NCBI GenBank assembly: GCA_904420535.1
Contig: CAJFVQ010000083.1
Span: 33,537-97,536, forward strand
Reading direction: 5' to 3'
Source: Candidatus Cryptoclostridium obscurum
GTDB lineage: Bacteria; Bacillota; Dehalobacteriia; UBA7702
Length of the DNA stretch: 64,000 bases
A program made the position numbers and the translations under genes. Shown one piece after another: positions 47,591-59,100 of this stretch. The first letter of the stretch is position 1. The number at the start of each line of letters is the position of its first letter. Below the pieces are notes generated by a model. That model did no database searches, was not told the DNA's origin, and saw only the letters and a list, made by a program, of their open reading frames with translations.

Positions 47591-49162
47591 ATGAAATCTA
47601 TTAAAAAAGTTGCTGCTTTGGTTATGGCGGCTGTGATCTCAGTTACAGCATTTGCCGGTTGTGGAGGGGAGGATCGTTCTGCGTCTTCGGATACTTTGAA
47701 TTTTGGATGTTTTAATTATTCCGATTCACTCGATCCTTCCGTTATGGTAAATGCTGCTTGGGCCACCAGCCGTTATGGCATTGGAGAATGCCTGTTTCGC
47801 TTTGATGATGAGATGAATGCTCAACCATTACTTTGCGATGAGTATGAAGTTGATGATACGAACACCATTTGGCAATTCCATATTCGCGATGGCATAAAAT
47901 TCTCAAATGGCAATGAAGTAAATGCTTCATCCGTGGTGGCGTCCATTGAACGTATGTATGAAGAAGAAGCCAATGGAGATGGGAGTTCGACGCCTTCGGT
48001 TTATATGGAATATGAATCCATCACCGCAGATGATGAGAGCAATACTGTCACCATCGTTACAACGCAGCCTTATGCCGATCTTTGTGCAGTCCTTGCACAC
48101 CCGTTTTTTGTCATTCTCGATACAGCTGCTGGAACAGATTATAATGAAAACCCCATTGGCACTGGTCCTTATGCCATTGATTCTTATGAAGTCGGCACCT
48201 CTATTGCTATGGTAGCCAACGAGTATTATTGGAACGGTGAAGTTCCCTATGAAAATCTCAATATTATTTTTATTGGTGACAGTACCACCAAAGCTATGGC
48301 CATAGAAAATGGTGACGTTGATCTAGTCGAGAATATTACAACCCCAAGCGACTTGGACAGGCTGCGCAATGATTCCAGTTATCATGTTTCCGAAGCTACC
48401 GGTGTTCGCTGTGCTTTTTCCTACATGAATCAAAACGGAGTCCTTGCTAACGACACTTTAAGACAAGCAATTCTCATGGCGCTTGATGATGATACCATGT
48501 GTGAAACCACTGTTGGAGGTATGTATACCGCAGGATATTCCGTATTACCTTCTACTTTGGATTACGGTTACGAAAATTTAACTGACGCTACCCCCTATGA
48601 TGTGGAGGGTGCCAAAAAACTTTTGGACGATGCCGGAATCGTGGATAGTGATGGCGATGGATATCGTGAACTCAACGGAGAAACCATCGATTTGAATTAT
48701 CTGACTTATGACGGCAGAAACCTCGCAGATTTTACAGAAGCAGTTGTTTCCTACTTAAAAGAAATTGGCATTAAAGCCACGATTCATACTACTGATGCCG
48801 ATACGGAATGGAACATGCTTGTGTCGGGAGAATATGACCTTTTGGCCAACAACTGGTTAACGGTTCCTGTCGGTGACCCTTATGCATATATGGATAATTG
48901 GTATAGCAAATCTAGTGCCAACTACTGCGGTTATGCCAACGAGGAATATGATGCGATATATGAACAATTGAAAACGGAAACCGATGAAAATACTCGCCGG
49001 GAGATGTTTCAACAGTTACAGCAAATTTTGATTGATGATTCTGCAGTATTGGTTCATGGTTATTATCACAGTACTATGATTAGCAATGAAAACGTAATCG
49101 GGGCGGAAATTCCCACAGCTGATTATTATTGGATTACAACGGATATCAAACCCGCCTCATAA
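47591..49162 (+). CDS. ABC transporter substrate-binding lipoprotein, SBP family 5 (peptide/nickel type)
   Basis: Lipoprotein signal (AFAGCGG). SBP_bac_5 length and architecture. RBS AAGGAGG. Confidence 0.85.
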   Translation: MKSIKKVAALVMAAVISVTAFAGCGGEDRSASSDTLNFGCFNYSDSLDPSVMVNAAWATSRYGIGECLFRFDDEMNAQPLLCDEYEVDDTNTIWQFHIRDGIKFSNGNEVNASSVVASIERMYEEEANGDGSSTPSVYMEYESITADDESNTVTIVTTQPYADLCAVLAHPFFVILDTAAGTDYNENPIGTGPYAIDSYEVGTSIAMVANEYYWNGEVPYENLNIIFIGDSTTKAMAIENGDVDLVENITTPSDLDRLRNDSSYHVSEATGVRCAFSYMNQNGVLANDTLRQAILMALDDDTMCETTVGGMYTAGYSVLPSTLDYGYENLTDATPYDVEGAKKLLDDAGIVDSDGDGYRELNGETIDLNYLTYDGRNLADFTEAVVSYLKEIGIKATIHTTDADTEWNMLVSGEYDLLANNWLTVPVGDPYAYMDNWYSKSSANYCGYANEEYDAIYEQLKTETDENTRREMFQQLQQILIDDSAVLVHGYYHSTMISNENVIGAEIPTADYYWITTDIKPAS

Positions 49163-49215
49163 TTGATTACTTTTATGCCGACATAAAAGTTAGCGTAGTA
49201 ATCACGGAGAAACTT

Positions 49216-50001
49216 ATGTTATCAATCAGCAATTTAACAGTTCAATATGGAGAGAACCCACCTGCATTGGAGCATTTTAATTTGGAAATGGACCCGGGAG
49301 AAATTGTATGCATTGTGGGGGAAAGCGGAAGCGGAAAAACAACAATCATCCGTAGCATTATGGGCCTGCTGCCCAGTAATGGAAATATTGTAGAAGGCAG
49401 TATGTATTTTGAAGGAAATTCATTACTATCATATTCCAAAGAGCAATGGAGAAGCCTTCGTGGTACAAAAATTTCCATTATTTTTCAGGATTCCGGTGCC
49501 ATGATCAATCCCATCCGAAAAATTAAACATCAGTTTGTGGAGTATATACGCACACATCAAACGATGTCATCTCATGAGGCAGAGAATCTTGGCAAAGAAA
49601 TGCTGGCAAAAATGCAGTTGCCCAGTGTGGACAATATTATGAACAGTTATGCATTTCAGCTCAGCGGAGGCATGCGACAGAGAGTTGGCATTGCCATGGC
49701 TATGACATTTCAACCCAAGCTTTTGATGGCTGATGAGCCTACCAGTGCTTTGGATGTTACAACACAGGCACAAATTGTACGTCAAATATTGGAGTTGCGT
49801 AATCGGTTTCATACAGGAATTATCCTTGTCACTCACAATCTCGGCGTTGCGGCATATATGGCCGATAAAATTATGGTAATGAAGGATGGGCACATTGTCG
49901 ATATGGGCAAACGAAGTAAGGTTCTACAGTATCCTCAAAGTGACTATACAAAGAAATTATTAGCTTCCGTACCTGCCTTGGATGGTGAAAGATATGTATG
50001 A
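49216..50001 (+). CDS. ABC transporter ATP-binding protein (DppD/NikD-like)
   Basis: Walker A GESGSGKT. Signature LSGGMRQR. Walker B LLMADEPTSALD. Confidence 0.85.
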   Translation: MLSISNLTVQYGENPPALEHFNLEMDPGEIVCIVGESGSGKTTIIRSIMGLLPSNGNIVEGSMYFEGNSLLSYSKEQWRSLRGTKISIIFQDSGAMINPIRKIKHQFVEYIRTHQTMSSHEAENLGKEMLAKMQLPSVDNIMNSYAFQLSGGMRQRVGIAMAMTFQPKLLMADEPTSALDVTTQAQIVRQILELRNRFHTGIILVTHNLGVAAYMADKIMVMKDGHIVDMGKRSKVLQYPQSDYTKKLLASVPALDGERYV

Positions 50002-50953
50002 AAAAGAAAATATGATCTTGGAAACAAGGCATCTTGTCAAACGTTTTCCTGTTGCAAACCATCGTTATCTTACGGCTTGTGATGATATTTCGTTGAAATT
50101 TTATCGGGGACAAACCCTTGGCATTGTGGGAGAAAGCGGCTGTGGGAAAAGTACTTTTATGAAAATGTTGGTTCATTTGGAGGAGCCGTCCGCAGGGGAA
50201 ATACTTTTTCATGGTGAAGATATTTTAAAGTTCAGCAAAAAAAAGCGCCGCTTGAACCGGTGTAAGATCCAAATGGTTTTTCAGGATCCTATGGCTTCCT
50301 TTGATCCCAAAATGAGGATTCGTGACATTATTTGCGAACCACTTTTAAACTTTAATCTTATTTCCAAGAAAGATAAAAATAGCATTGCAAAGGAATTTTT
50401 AGAAATGGTAGAGCTCCCCGCAGAAATGGCGGATCGTTTCCCCCATAGTTTGAGCGGTGGTCAACGACAACGCATAGGTGTTGCCCGAGCCTTAACGTTG
50501 AATCCGGAAATTATGATATGCGATGAGGCCACCTCTGCCTTGGATGTTTCAGTACAAAAAAGTATCATGGAACTCATTGCAAGGCTCCAGCGGGAAAAGG
50601 GGATCTCCATTGGCTTTATATGTCATGATGTGGCCTTAGTGGGGCAAATTTCCCACCAAGTCGCTGTCATGTATCTGGGAAATATTGTTGAAATCCTTCC
50701 CGGCGATCATTTAAAAGACCAGGGGCGTCACCCTTATACCAAAGCACTGATGTCATCAATTTTTCATTTGGATATGGACTTTCAGAAAAAAATAGAAAGT
50801 CTGGAAGGCGACGTTCCTAGTCCATTAAACATTCCTCCGGGATGTCCTTTCCAGAACCGTTGCAAACAGCGTATAAAGCGGTGTTTGGTTGAAAAGCCAT
50901 ATTTGAAAGAAATTGGTGAGCAACATTTTGCAGCTTGCCACTTGGACATCTGA
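49994..50953 (+). CDS. ABC transporter ATP-binding protein (DppF/NikE-like) with C-terminal oligopeptide-type extension
   Basis: Walker A GESGCGKST. Signature LSGGQRQR. C-terminal CPFQNRC. Confidence 0.85.
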   Translation: MYEKENMILETRHLVKRFPVANHRYLTACDDISLKFYRGQTLGIVGESGCGKSTFMKMLVHLEEPSAGEILFHGEDILKFSKKKRRLNRCKIQMVFQDPMASFDPKMRIRDIICEPLLNFNLISKKDKNSIAKEFLEMVELPAEMADRFPHSLSGGQRQRIGVARALTLNPEIMICDEATSALDVSVQKSIMELIARLQREKGISIGFICHDVALVGQISHQVAVMYLGNIVEILPGDHLKDQGRHPYTKALMSSIFHLDMDFQKKIESLEGDVPSPLNIPPGCPFQNRCKQRIKRCLVEKPYLKEIGEQHFAACHLDI

Positions 50954-50960
50954 GGTTAAA

Positions 50961-52313
50961 ATGAAGTACCGTTCTTTCACAGAAGGTAGCATCGGCAAAA
51001 GCATTTTTTTCTTTTCTCTACCGCTATTGGCCAGCAGTTTCATTCAGCAATTATATAGCACTGTAGACTTGATTTTTGTGGGCCACTTTACAGGAACTCA
51101 TGCCTATGCGGCGATTGGGGCAAGTGATCTTCTTATCACCTGCCTCATTGGCTTTTTTAATGGTATGGCGGTAGGAACTAATGTGATCTCCTCACATTAC
51201 TATGGCAGTGAAAATTACGACAAACTAAAAAAACTGATGCGCACTGTATTCATTTTCGGTATTGCAGGCGGACTTCTTTTGATGGCAATTGGCATTTGTT
51301 TCGCTCCACTCTTTCTTTCCTGGATGGATACTCCTGACGAAATTCATGGTCTTGCAGTGCGATATTTGCGAATCTATATGATGGGAATCATATCCATCAT
51401 TCTTTATAATCTTTGTTCTGGTATTCTTCGAGCGATGGGTGATTCGCGATCGCCGATGATGTTTCAACTAATAGGTTGTGCGATCAATATTTTTGCTGAT
51501 TTCCTGCTGATTGCGGTTTGGGATTTTGGCGTAACTGGAGCGGCATTGGCTACCTTATTTTCACAAACAGTTGCTATGGTCTTATGTGTTGTACATTTAC
51601 ACCGCCTGGATTCGAAAATTTCATTGAATTTTTTTCCGTTATCCTGTCCCCAAGATGTTCTTATTCCTGTTCTAAAGATCGGCATTCCTGTTGGGATCCA
51701 GTCCATTGTCATTACATTGTCTAATATTATTATACAATGGAAAATTAACGGTTTTGGCGTCGATGTTATCGCTGCTTTTGCAACTTATTTTAAAGTAGAA
51801 ATGGTGATTTATCTGCCAATTTTAGCTTTGGGGCAAGCTATAGTATCCTTTATTGGGCAAAATTATGGCGCTTTGCAATTTAACCGTATCAAAAAGGGTT
51901 TTCGGATGTGCCTGATTTTTGGCCTTATTTTAACAGTTATGACCAGCGTTCTGTTGACTTTGGCAGGGGCATTTATTTTTGGACTTTTTACCGATGATCA
52001 CCATGTGATTCAATATGGTTGCCGTATTATTACAGTTACCTTTCCTTTCTACTTTTTATACGTAATTCTAGAGTGTTACAGTTCTCGATTAAGAGGAATG
52101 GGCCGCGCCGTTGCCCCCATGGTAATTACTTTGACGAGCTTTTGCGGGATACGTATTTTTCTTTTGTTCATTTTGCTCCATTTTCACGACGAAGTATCTG
52201 CTGTAGCGGCAACCTATCCCATTTCTTGGGCAATCGCAGTAATTCTTTTATGGCTTTACTATAGGTTTACTGAGAGACCGAAAGGGGATAGATATATTGG
52301 TATTGATAACTGA
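50961..52313 (+). CDS. MATE family efflux transporter
   Basis: Twelve TM segments. MATE duplicated halves. Confidence 0.8.
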   Translation: MKYRSFTEGSIGKSIFFFSLPLLASSFIQQLYSTVDLIFVGHFTGTHAYAAIGASDLLITCLIGFFNGMAVGTNVISSHYYGSENYDKLKKLMRTVFIFGIAGGLLLMAIGICFAPLFLSWMDTPDEIHGLAVRYLRIYMMGIISIILYNLCSGILRAMGDSRSPMMFQLIGCAINIFADFLLIAVWDFGVTGAALATLFSQTVAMVLCVVHLHRLDSKISLNFFPLSCPQDVLIPVLKIGIPVGIQSIVITLSNIIIQWKINGFGVDVIAAFATYFKVEMVIYLPILALGQAIVSFIGQNYGALQFNRIKKGFRMCLIFGLILTVMTSVLLTLAGAFIFGLFTDDHHVIQYGCRIITVTFPFYFLYVILECYSSRLRGMGRAVAPMVITLTSFCGIRIFLLFILLHFHDEVSAVAATYPISWAIAVILLWLYYRFTERPKGDRYIGIDN

Positions 52314-52322
52314 TAAACAATG

Positions 52323-54064
<1,742 letters not shown>

Positions 54065-54092
54065 TTAAAGCGCAATCAGGAAAAGGGAAAAA

Positions 54093-54135
54093 CGCAGAGT
54101 AACTTTAGTTATTCTGCGTTTTTCTCGTTAATATT
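54093..54135. terminator. Bidirectional hairpin terminator
   Basis: aaaaacgcagagtaac / ttta / gttattctgcgttttt. Confidence 0.5.
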
Positions 54136-54607
54136 CCGAAAGTCTGGCAGGGCAGAAACGGCACAAAGATCCTTTATCATTCATAAAGAGGCGTTTGGCT
54201 GTACAATAATAGTCATTTCCTTTTTGGTAAACTTTTCCTTCGGAAAAACTCATTCCTGGAGGATGCAACGGTATTTTTGCCACAAAAGCACGATAAGTAT
54301 TTAAAATGCGGATAAACGATTTTAATGATTCTTCTCCTGGAGCGCAGCGGTCCATATATTGGTTGATTTGATCCTCAAATCGTTGAATTAAAAGGGGATT
54401 TAACTCATCACCATAAAATTTTTCTGAATGTTTTAATAGATTGAGCATAGTTTCTGCATTATAGCGGCGGTTTAAAATGGCAATATAATCATCGGCAGAA
54501 GGATCCGGGGCAGCGGCACAAAGTTCATGGTATTCCTGCTCCAAAGCATCTACGGAATAAAGCGCTGCTTCGGCCTGAAGCCGCTTTAATAATTGTTTTG
54601 AATTCAT
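54128..54607 (-). CDS. Hypothetical protein (159 aa) with a C-terminal CxxxC...CxxC cluster
   Basis: RBS AGGAG 8 nt upstream. 26-nt gap to the upstream gene, so it is the second gene of a two-gene operon. No recognisable catalytic motif. Confidence 0.55.
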   Translation of the reverse strand: MNSKQLLKRLQAEAALYSVDALEQEYHELCAAAPDPSADDYIAILNRRYNAETMLNLLKHSEKFYGDELNPLLIQRFEDQINQYMDRCAPGEESLKSFIRILNTYRAFVAKIPLHPPGMSFSEGKVYQKGNDYYCTAKRLFMNDKGSLCRFCPARLSEY

Positions 54608-54633
54608 CGTGTTTTCTCCTATCTTGAAATGTA

Positions 54634-55653
54634 TTAATTGATGGGCGGAAAGTTCCCCAACAGTCCCATAAAATCGTCAATAATTTCTAAATTTGTCCGT
54701 TCTTCCAATTGGATTCCAGTTTTTTTGCAAAGATCTTCCAAAAGATATCGCAAAGTACCAGAGCGAATAATGATCAACCTAGGTCTGCCATTTTCACGAA
54801 TACTTTCCAAAAGCATTTCAATTAATACTTTATGGTGGTCTTGTTGCTCTTCCAAAACTTGTTGATTTTCGATAAATCCTCCGTCATGGTCGGCAAGGAT
54901 ACAAATTCGAGGAAAAATCGGCCGAAAACCGTATTTTGCAGTCAGAGGATTTGGTAAGTAATTGATATCGAGTTCAATGCTCCGTGCCGTTTTAGGTAGT
55001 TTTTTCAACCTTGCAATAAAAAGTTCATCTTCAAATTGGAGGGTTTGGTATTCAACACTGAAGACGGGTAGCTTTTCTGCTAAAACTTCCCAACTGCCAT
55101 CGGATAATTGATGAAAACAGAGACATTCTTGGTTTTTATAATTTGCATCAACTGCTTTTTTTTCTAGTAGCTGAAGTCCTGTATATAAATCATTTAAGGC
55201 TCCTGTTAAGCGGTCTACCTCTGATGGTTCCAAATACCACGGTGCATAACCGGGAATATAAGAACGGAAAAAAGGATATCCCAAAGGGCCAACTTGTGGC
55301 TGATATTCCGCCAATTCAATGGAGCTCAAGTCTCCGTTGCCCAAAGAAGCCCTACTGCTATAATAAACCGTTAAACAGTTTTGATAAGCAATCAAAGCGC
55401 TAAAAGGAATTTCGCTTCCAAATTGCAGCAATTGAAAAAAACCGGCAAGGGCTTGATAGCCGAAATAAACCGAAACGCCGCAATGATCATTTTCTTCTCC
55501 CAATATGGAATAAAATATAGGTTCATCAGTACCGTCTTTATAAACGGCGATGATCTCATTGTTGCGGAATCGTTTCCAAGGTGTATTGTTTTTAATTTGA
55601 TCCGATATCTTGAACAAGGATTGCCATTGTTCTTTGGTCGCCAGATGAAACAT
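54634..55653 (-). CDS. Hypothetical protein (339 aa), first gene of a two-gene operon of unknown function
   Basis: RBS AGGAGG. Soluble. No motif I can assign to a known family. Confidence 0.55.
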   Translation of the reverse strand: MFHLATKEQWQSLFKISDQIKNNTPWKRFRNNEIIAVYKDGTDEPIFYSILGEENDHCGVSVYFGYQALAGFFQLLQFGSEIPFSALIAYQNCLTVYYSSRASLGNGDLSSIELAEYQPQVGPLGYPFFRSYIPGYAPWYLEPSEVDRLTGALNDLYTGLQLLEKKAVDANYKNQECLCFHQLSDGSWEVLAEKLPVFSVEYQTLQFEDELFIARLKKLPKTARSIELDINYLPNPLTAKYGFRPIFPRICILADHDGGFIENQQVLEEQQDHHKVLIEMLLESIRENGRPRLIIIRSGTLRYLLEDLCKKTGIQLEERTNLEIIDDFMGLLGNFPPIN

Positions 55654-55775
55654 AGTTCCTCCTGAATCTTAATCTGATACTATTTTAAATCAAACAAAGA
55701 AGATTCGCAACTGAAAAATGTATTTCAACACAATAGAGGATAATAAAAAATCAGAAACTTTTTTTTAAAAAAACC

Positions 55776-55804
55776 TTGCAAAATATAACAGGATTTGTTA
55801 AAAT
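55776..55804 (+). promoter_or_regulatory. Predicted promoter for rpmB
   Basis: TTGCAA, 17 nt spacer, then TAAAAT. Confidence 0.35.
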
Positions 55805-55856
55805 AATTTGGTAAGCCCAGAAGGGTAGTATATTATATTGTAAAGGAGGTGTCGAC

Positions 55857-56045
55857 ATGGCAGTATGTCAAATTTGCGGTAAGGCAACCCGTACCGGAAT
55901 GAAAGTCAGTCACTCCCATATTCGTACCAAAAGAAAATGGAAACCAAATCTCCAGAGAGTAAGGGTGGTTGTCGATGGCACCCCCAAAAGACTGTATGTA
56001 TGTACCAGATGCTTGCGCTCCGGCAAAGTACAGAGAGCGGTTTGA
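55857..56045 (+). CDS. rpmB: 50S ribosomal protein L28
   Basis: MAVCQICGK...TRCLRSGKV. 62 aa. RBS AAAGGAGG. Confidence 0.9.
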   Translation: MAVCQICGKATRTGMKVSHSHIRTKRKWKPNLQRVRVVVDGTPKRLYVCTRCLRSGKVQRAV

Positions 56046-56059
56046 TTGACAAATTACGA

Positions 56060-56090
56060 AAGACCAGATGTTGATCTGGTCTTTTTTGCT
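56060..56090 (+). terminator. Rho-independent terminator after rpmB
   Basis: agaccagat / gttg / atctggtct followed by tttttt. Confidence 0.65.
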
Positions 56091-56105
56091 GTTTGAAATG
56101 AAATG

Positions 56106-56140
56106 GAAAAGCTCATAGATTGATGTATCTATGAGCTTTT
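56106..56140 (-). terminator. Terminator for the large minus-strand gene
   Basis: aaaagctcatag / attgatgtat / ctatgagctttt, read on the minus strand. Confidence 0.6.
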
Positions 56141-56151
56141 CACTTAAACGT

Positions 56152-59100
56152 TTATTTTTTTTCCTCTGTTAAACGTTTTTTCGCAACAGACATCATTAAC
56201 TTAATGCGGTTGATTTGATTGGATTCACTGGCACCGGGGTCATAGTCTACGGCGACAATATTGCTATCGGGAAATTTGCGTCGTAATTCCTTTAGCGCAC
56301 CGCGGCCGGTAATATGATTGGGTAAACAGGCAAAAGGCTGCATACAGACAATATTATCAGCACCTTGATGAATCAGTTCAATCATTTCTCCGGTCAGAAA
56401 CCATCCTTCACCGGCTTGATTTCCTAATGAAACCACATCTTTGGCATAGTCTGCTAATTGATAGATGGTGGCTGGAGGATCGAAGCGTTTGCTTTGGGAT
56501 AACGCTTTTTTCATGGACTTTCTCGTCCATTCCAGGACAGCAATGATTAATCGTGATATACGCGCTGCTTTTTTGGAACCTTCCAGATATTCTGCTTTAT
56601 AAATGCTGTTATAAGCGCAGTAAAGGAGGAAATCCATAAGCGAAGGCATAACGGCTTCGCCACCCTCTTTTTCTATTAATTCTACAATATGGTTGTTGGC
56701 ATCGGGAGAAAACTTTACTAATATCTCTCCTACCAGACCAACGCGGGGTTTCTTTTCATCAACCAAAGGCAGGCGATCAAATTCTTGTACCAATTCCTTC
56801 ATATCTTTTTTAAATCGCGACATTTTACCGATACGAACGGTCTCTTTTCCTCGTTTCACCCATTTTTGGTAAAGAGCTTCTGCGGAACCCTTTTCCTTTT
56901 CATAGGGACGCACGCGGTAAAGAACGTTCATCAGCACATCACCATAATTGACTGCGATCAAGCATTGTTTGATCAGTTGATATGTCCATTCCATACCCGG
57001 ATGTTTTTCCAACATCTGCGCAGAAATTGCAATGACCGGTATATGTCCGAGTCCTGCATCTTTTAATCCTTTGCGAATGAAAGAAACGTAGTTGGTCGCA
57101 CGGCACTGACCACCGGTTTGGGTCATTAAAAGTGAAACGTTATTCAGATCATAGCGGCCACTTTTCAAAGCTGCGATTAACTGACCCGTTGTGAGAATAC
57201 ATGGGTAACAGGCGTCATTATGAACGTATTTCAGCCCTTCCTCCACCGATTCTACGTCTACTTGAGGCAAAACTTCCAAATTATATCCATTCGCCTGCAT
57301 GGCATCGGTGAGAAATTGAAAATGAATGGGGGACATTTGCGGTGCCAATAAGGTGTGGCGACTCTTCATTTCTTTGGTAAACAAAGGCCGTTCTTCGGGT
57401 TTTATCTCGCTGAAATGGGATTGTTCTTTTTCCTTCTGTTTTTTTTCATCAATGGTAACCTTGAGAGAGCGAATACGGATTCTTGCTGCACCGAGATTAT
57501 CTCCCTCGTCAATCTTAATGGTGGTATAAATCTTATTGTGCCGTTCCAGAATCTCAGCAACCTGATCACTGGTGACAGCATCAAGACCGCAGCCAAAGGA
57601 AGTCAGTTGAATCAAATCCAGATCGTCCCGCTGAGCAACAAAAGTTGCTGCTGCATAAAGGCGAGAGTGGTATGACCATTGATCCCGTACGCGAAGCGGG
57701 CGTTCTGTAGGAACCAGGTGAGCAACGCTATCCTCGCTGAGAACCGCCATTCCCTGGGCAGTAACAAGGTTAGCAATGCCGTGATTAATTTCAGGATCTG
57801 TGTGGTAGGGGCGTCCGGCCAGAACGATCCCATGAATATCGTGATTCTTGATATAATCCAGAGCGTTAATTCCCGCCTGCTTCATATCTTCTTTATAATG
57901 GCTGAGTTCTGCCAAAGCGTCATCAACGGCGGAAGTAATCTCCTGCAAAGAAATTTGCCAATCGGTTTCCTTGGATAAATATTGATGAAGTACTTTAATT
58001 AGTTTCTCACGATGGTTCAGCGTCACATAAGGGCGCAGATATTGAATATTTTTTTCTCGTAAATCTTCTACATTATTTTTAATTACATCGGGATAACCGC
58101 TGACAACTGGGCAGTTGAAATTATTATCGCTATCGGTATATTCTTTTTGTTCATAAACAACAGCAGGATAGAAGATTCGTGAAATTCCCTTATCAATTAA
58201 GGATTGAATGTGTCCATGCGCCAATTTTGCAGGATAGCAAACCGCTTCGGAAGGGATCGTTTCCATTCCCTGTTCAAAAATCTTTTTATCGCTTTTGGGA
58301 GAAAGGATCACCCGGAACCCGAGTTTCGTTAAAAAGGTAAACCAAAACGGATAATCATCGTACATATTCAGGACTCTGGGAACGCCAATCTCTCCTCTGG
58401 ATGCTTCGGATTTTTTTAGTGGAGTATACTGAAAAAGACGTTTGTATTTGTAATCAAAAAGATTGGGAATATCATTTTTTTTGACCTCAACTCCAGCGCC
58501 GCGTTCACAGCGATTTCCTGAAATAAAGTGGCTGCCGTCAGCAAATTCCATGACCGTCAGCAAACAGTGATTTGCACATTTCTCACAATGACGGTAACTT
58601 TTATCATAACCGAATTTTTCAAGTTCTTCTTCTGAAATAAGAGTAGTAGGGGAGCCGTCATAGCGCTCCATGGCAATTAACGCAGCTCCAAAAGCTCCCA
58701 TGAGTCCTGCAATATCAGGGCGAATAACTTCTCGTTTTGTTTCCTTCTCAAAGGCACGAAGAACCGCTTCATTATAAAAAGTTCCGCCTTGGGCCAAAAT
58801 TTTTTCACCGAACTCTTCTGGCCGACGAATTTTAATCACTTTATATAGAGCATTTTTAATGACAGAGTAGGAAAGTCCCGCAGAAATATCTTCTACGGAA
58901 GCACCTTCTTTTTGGGCTTGTTTTACTTTGGAGTTCATAAAAACGGTACAACGATTTCCCAAATCCACAGGTGTACGTGATTTGGTAGCCGCGGCTGCGA
59001 AATCTTGAACTGACATATCAAGACTTTTAGCAAAAGTTTCAATGAATGAGCCGCATCCTGACGAACAGGCTTCGTTTAAAATAATGCTTTCAATGATGCC

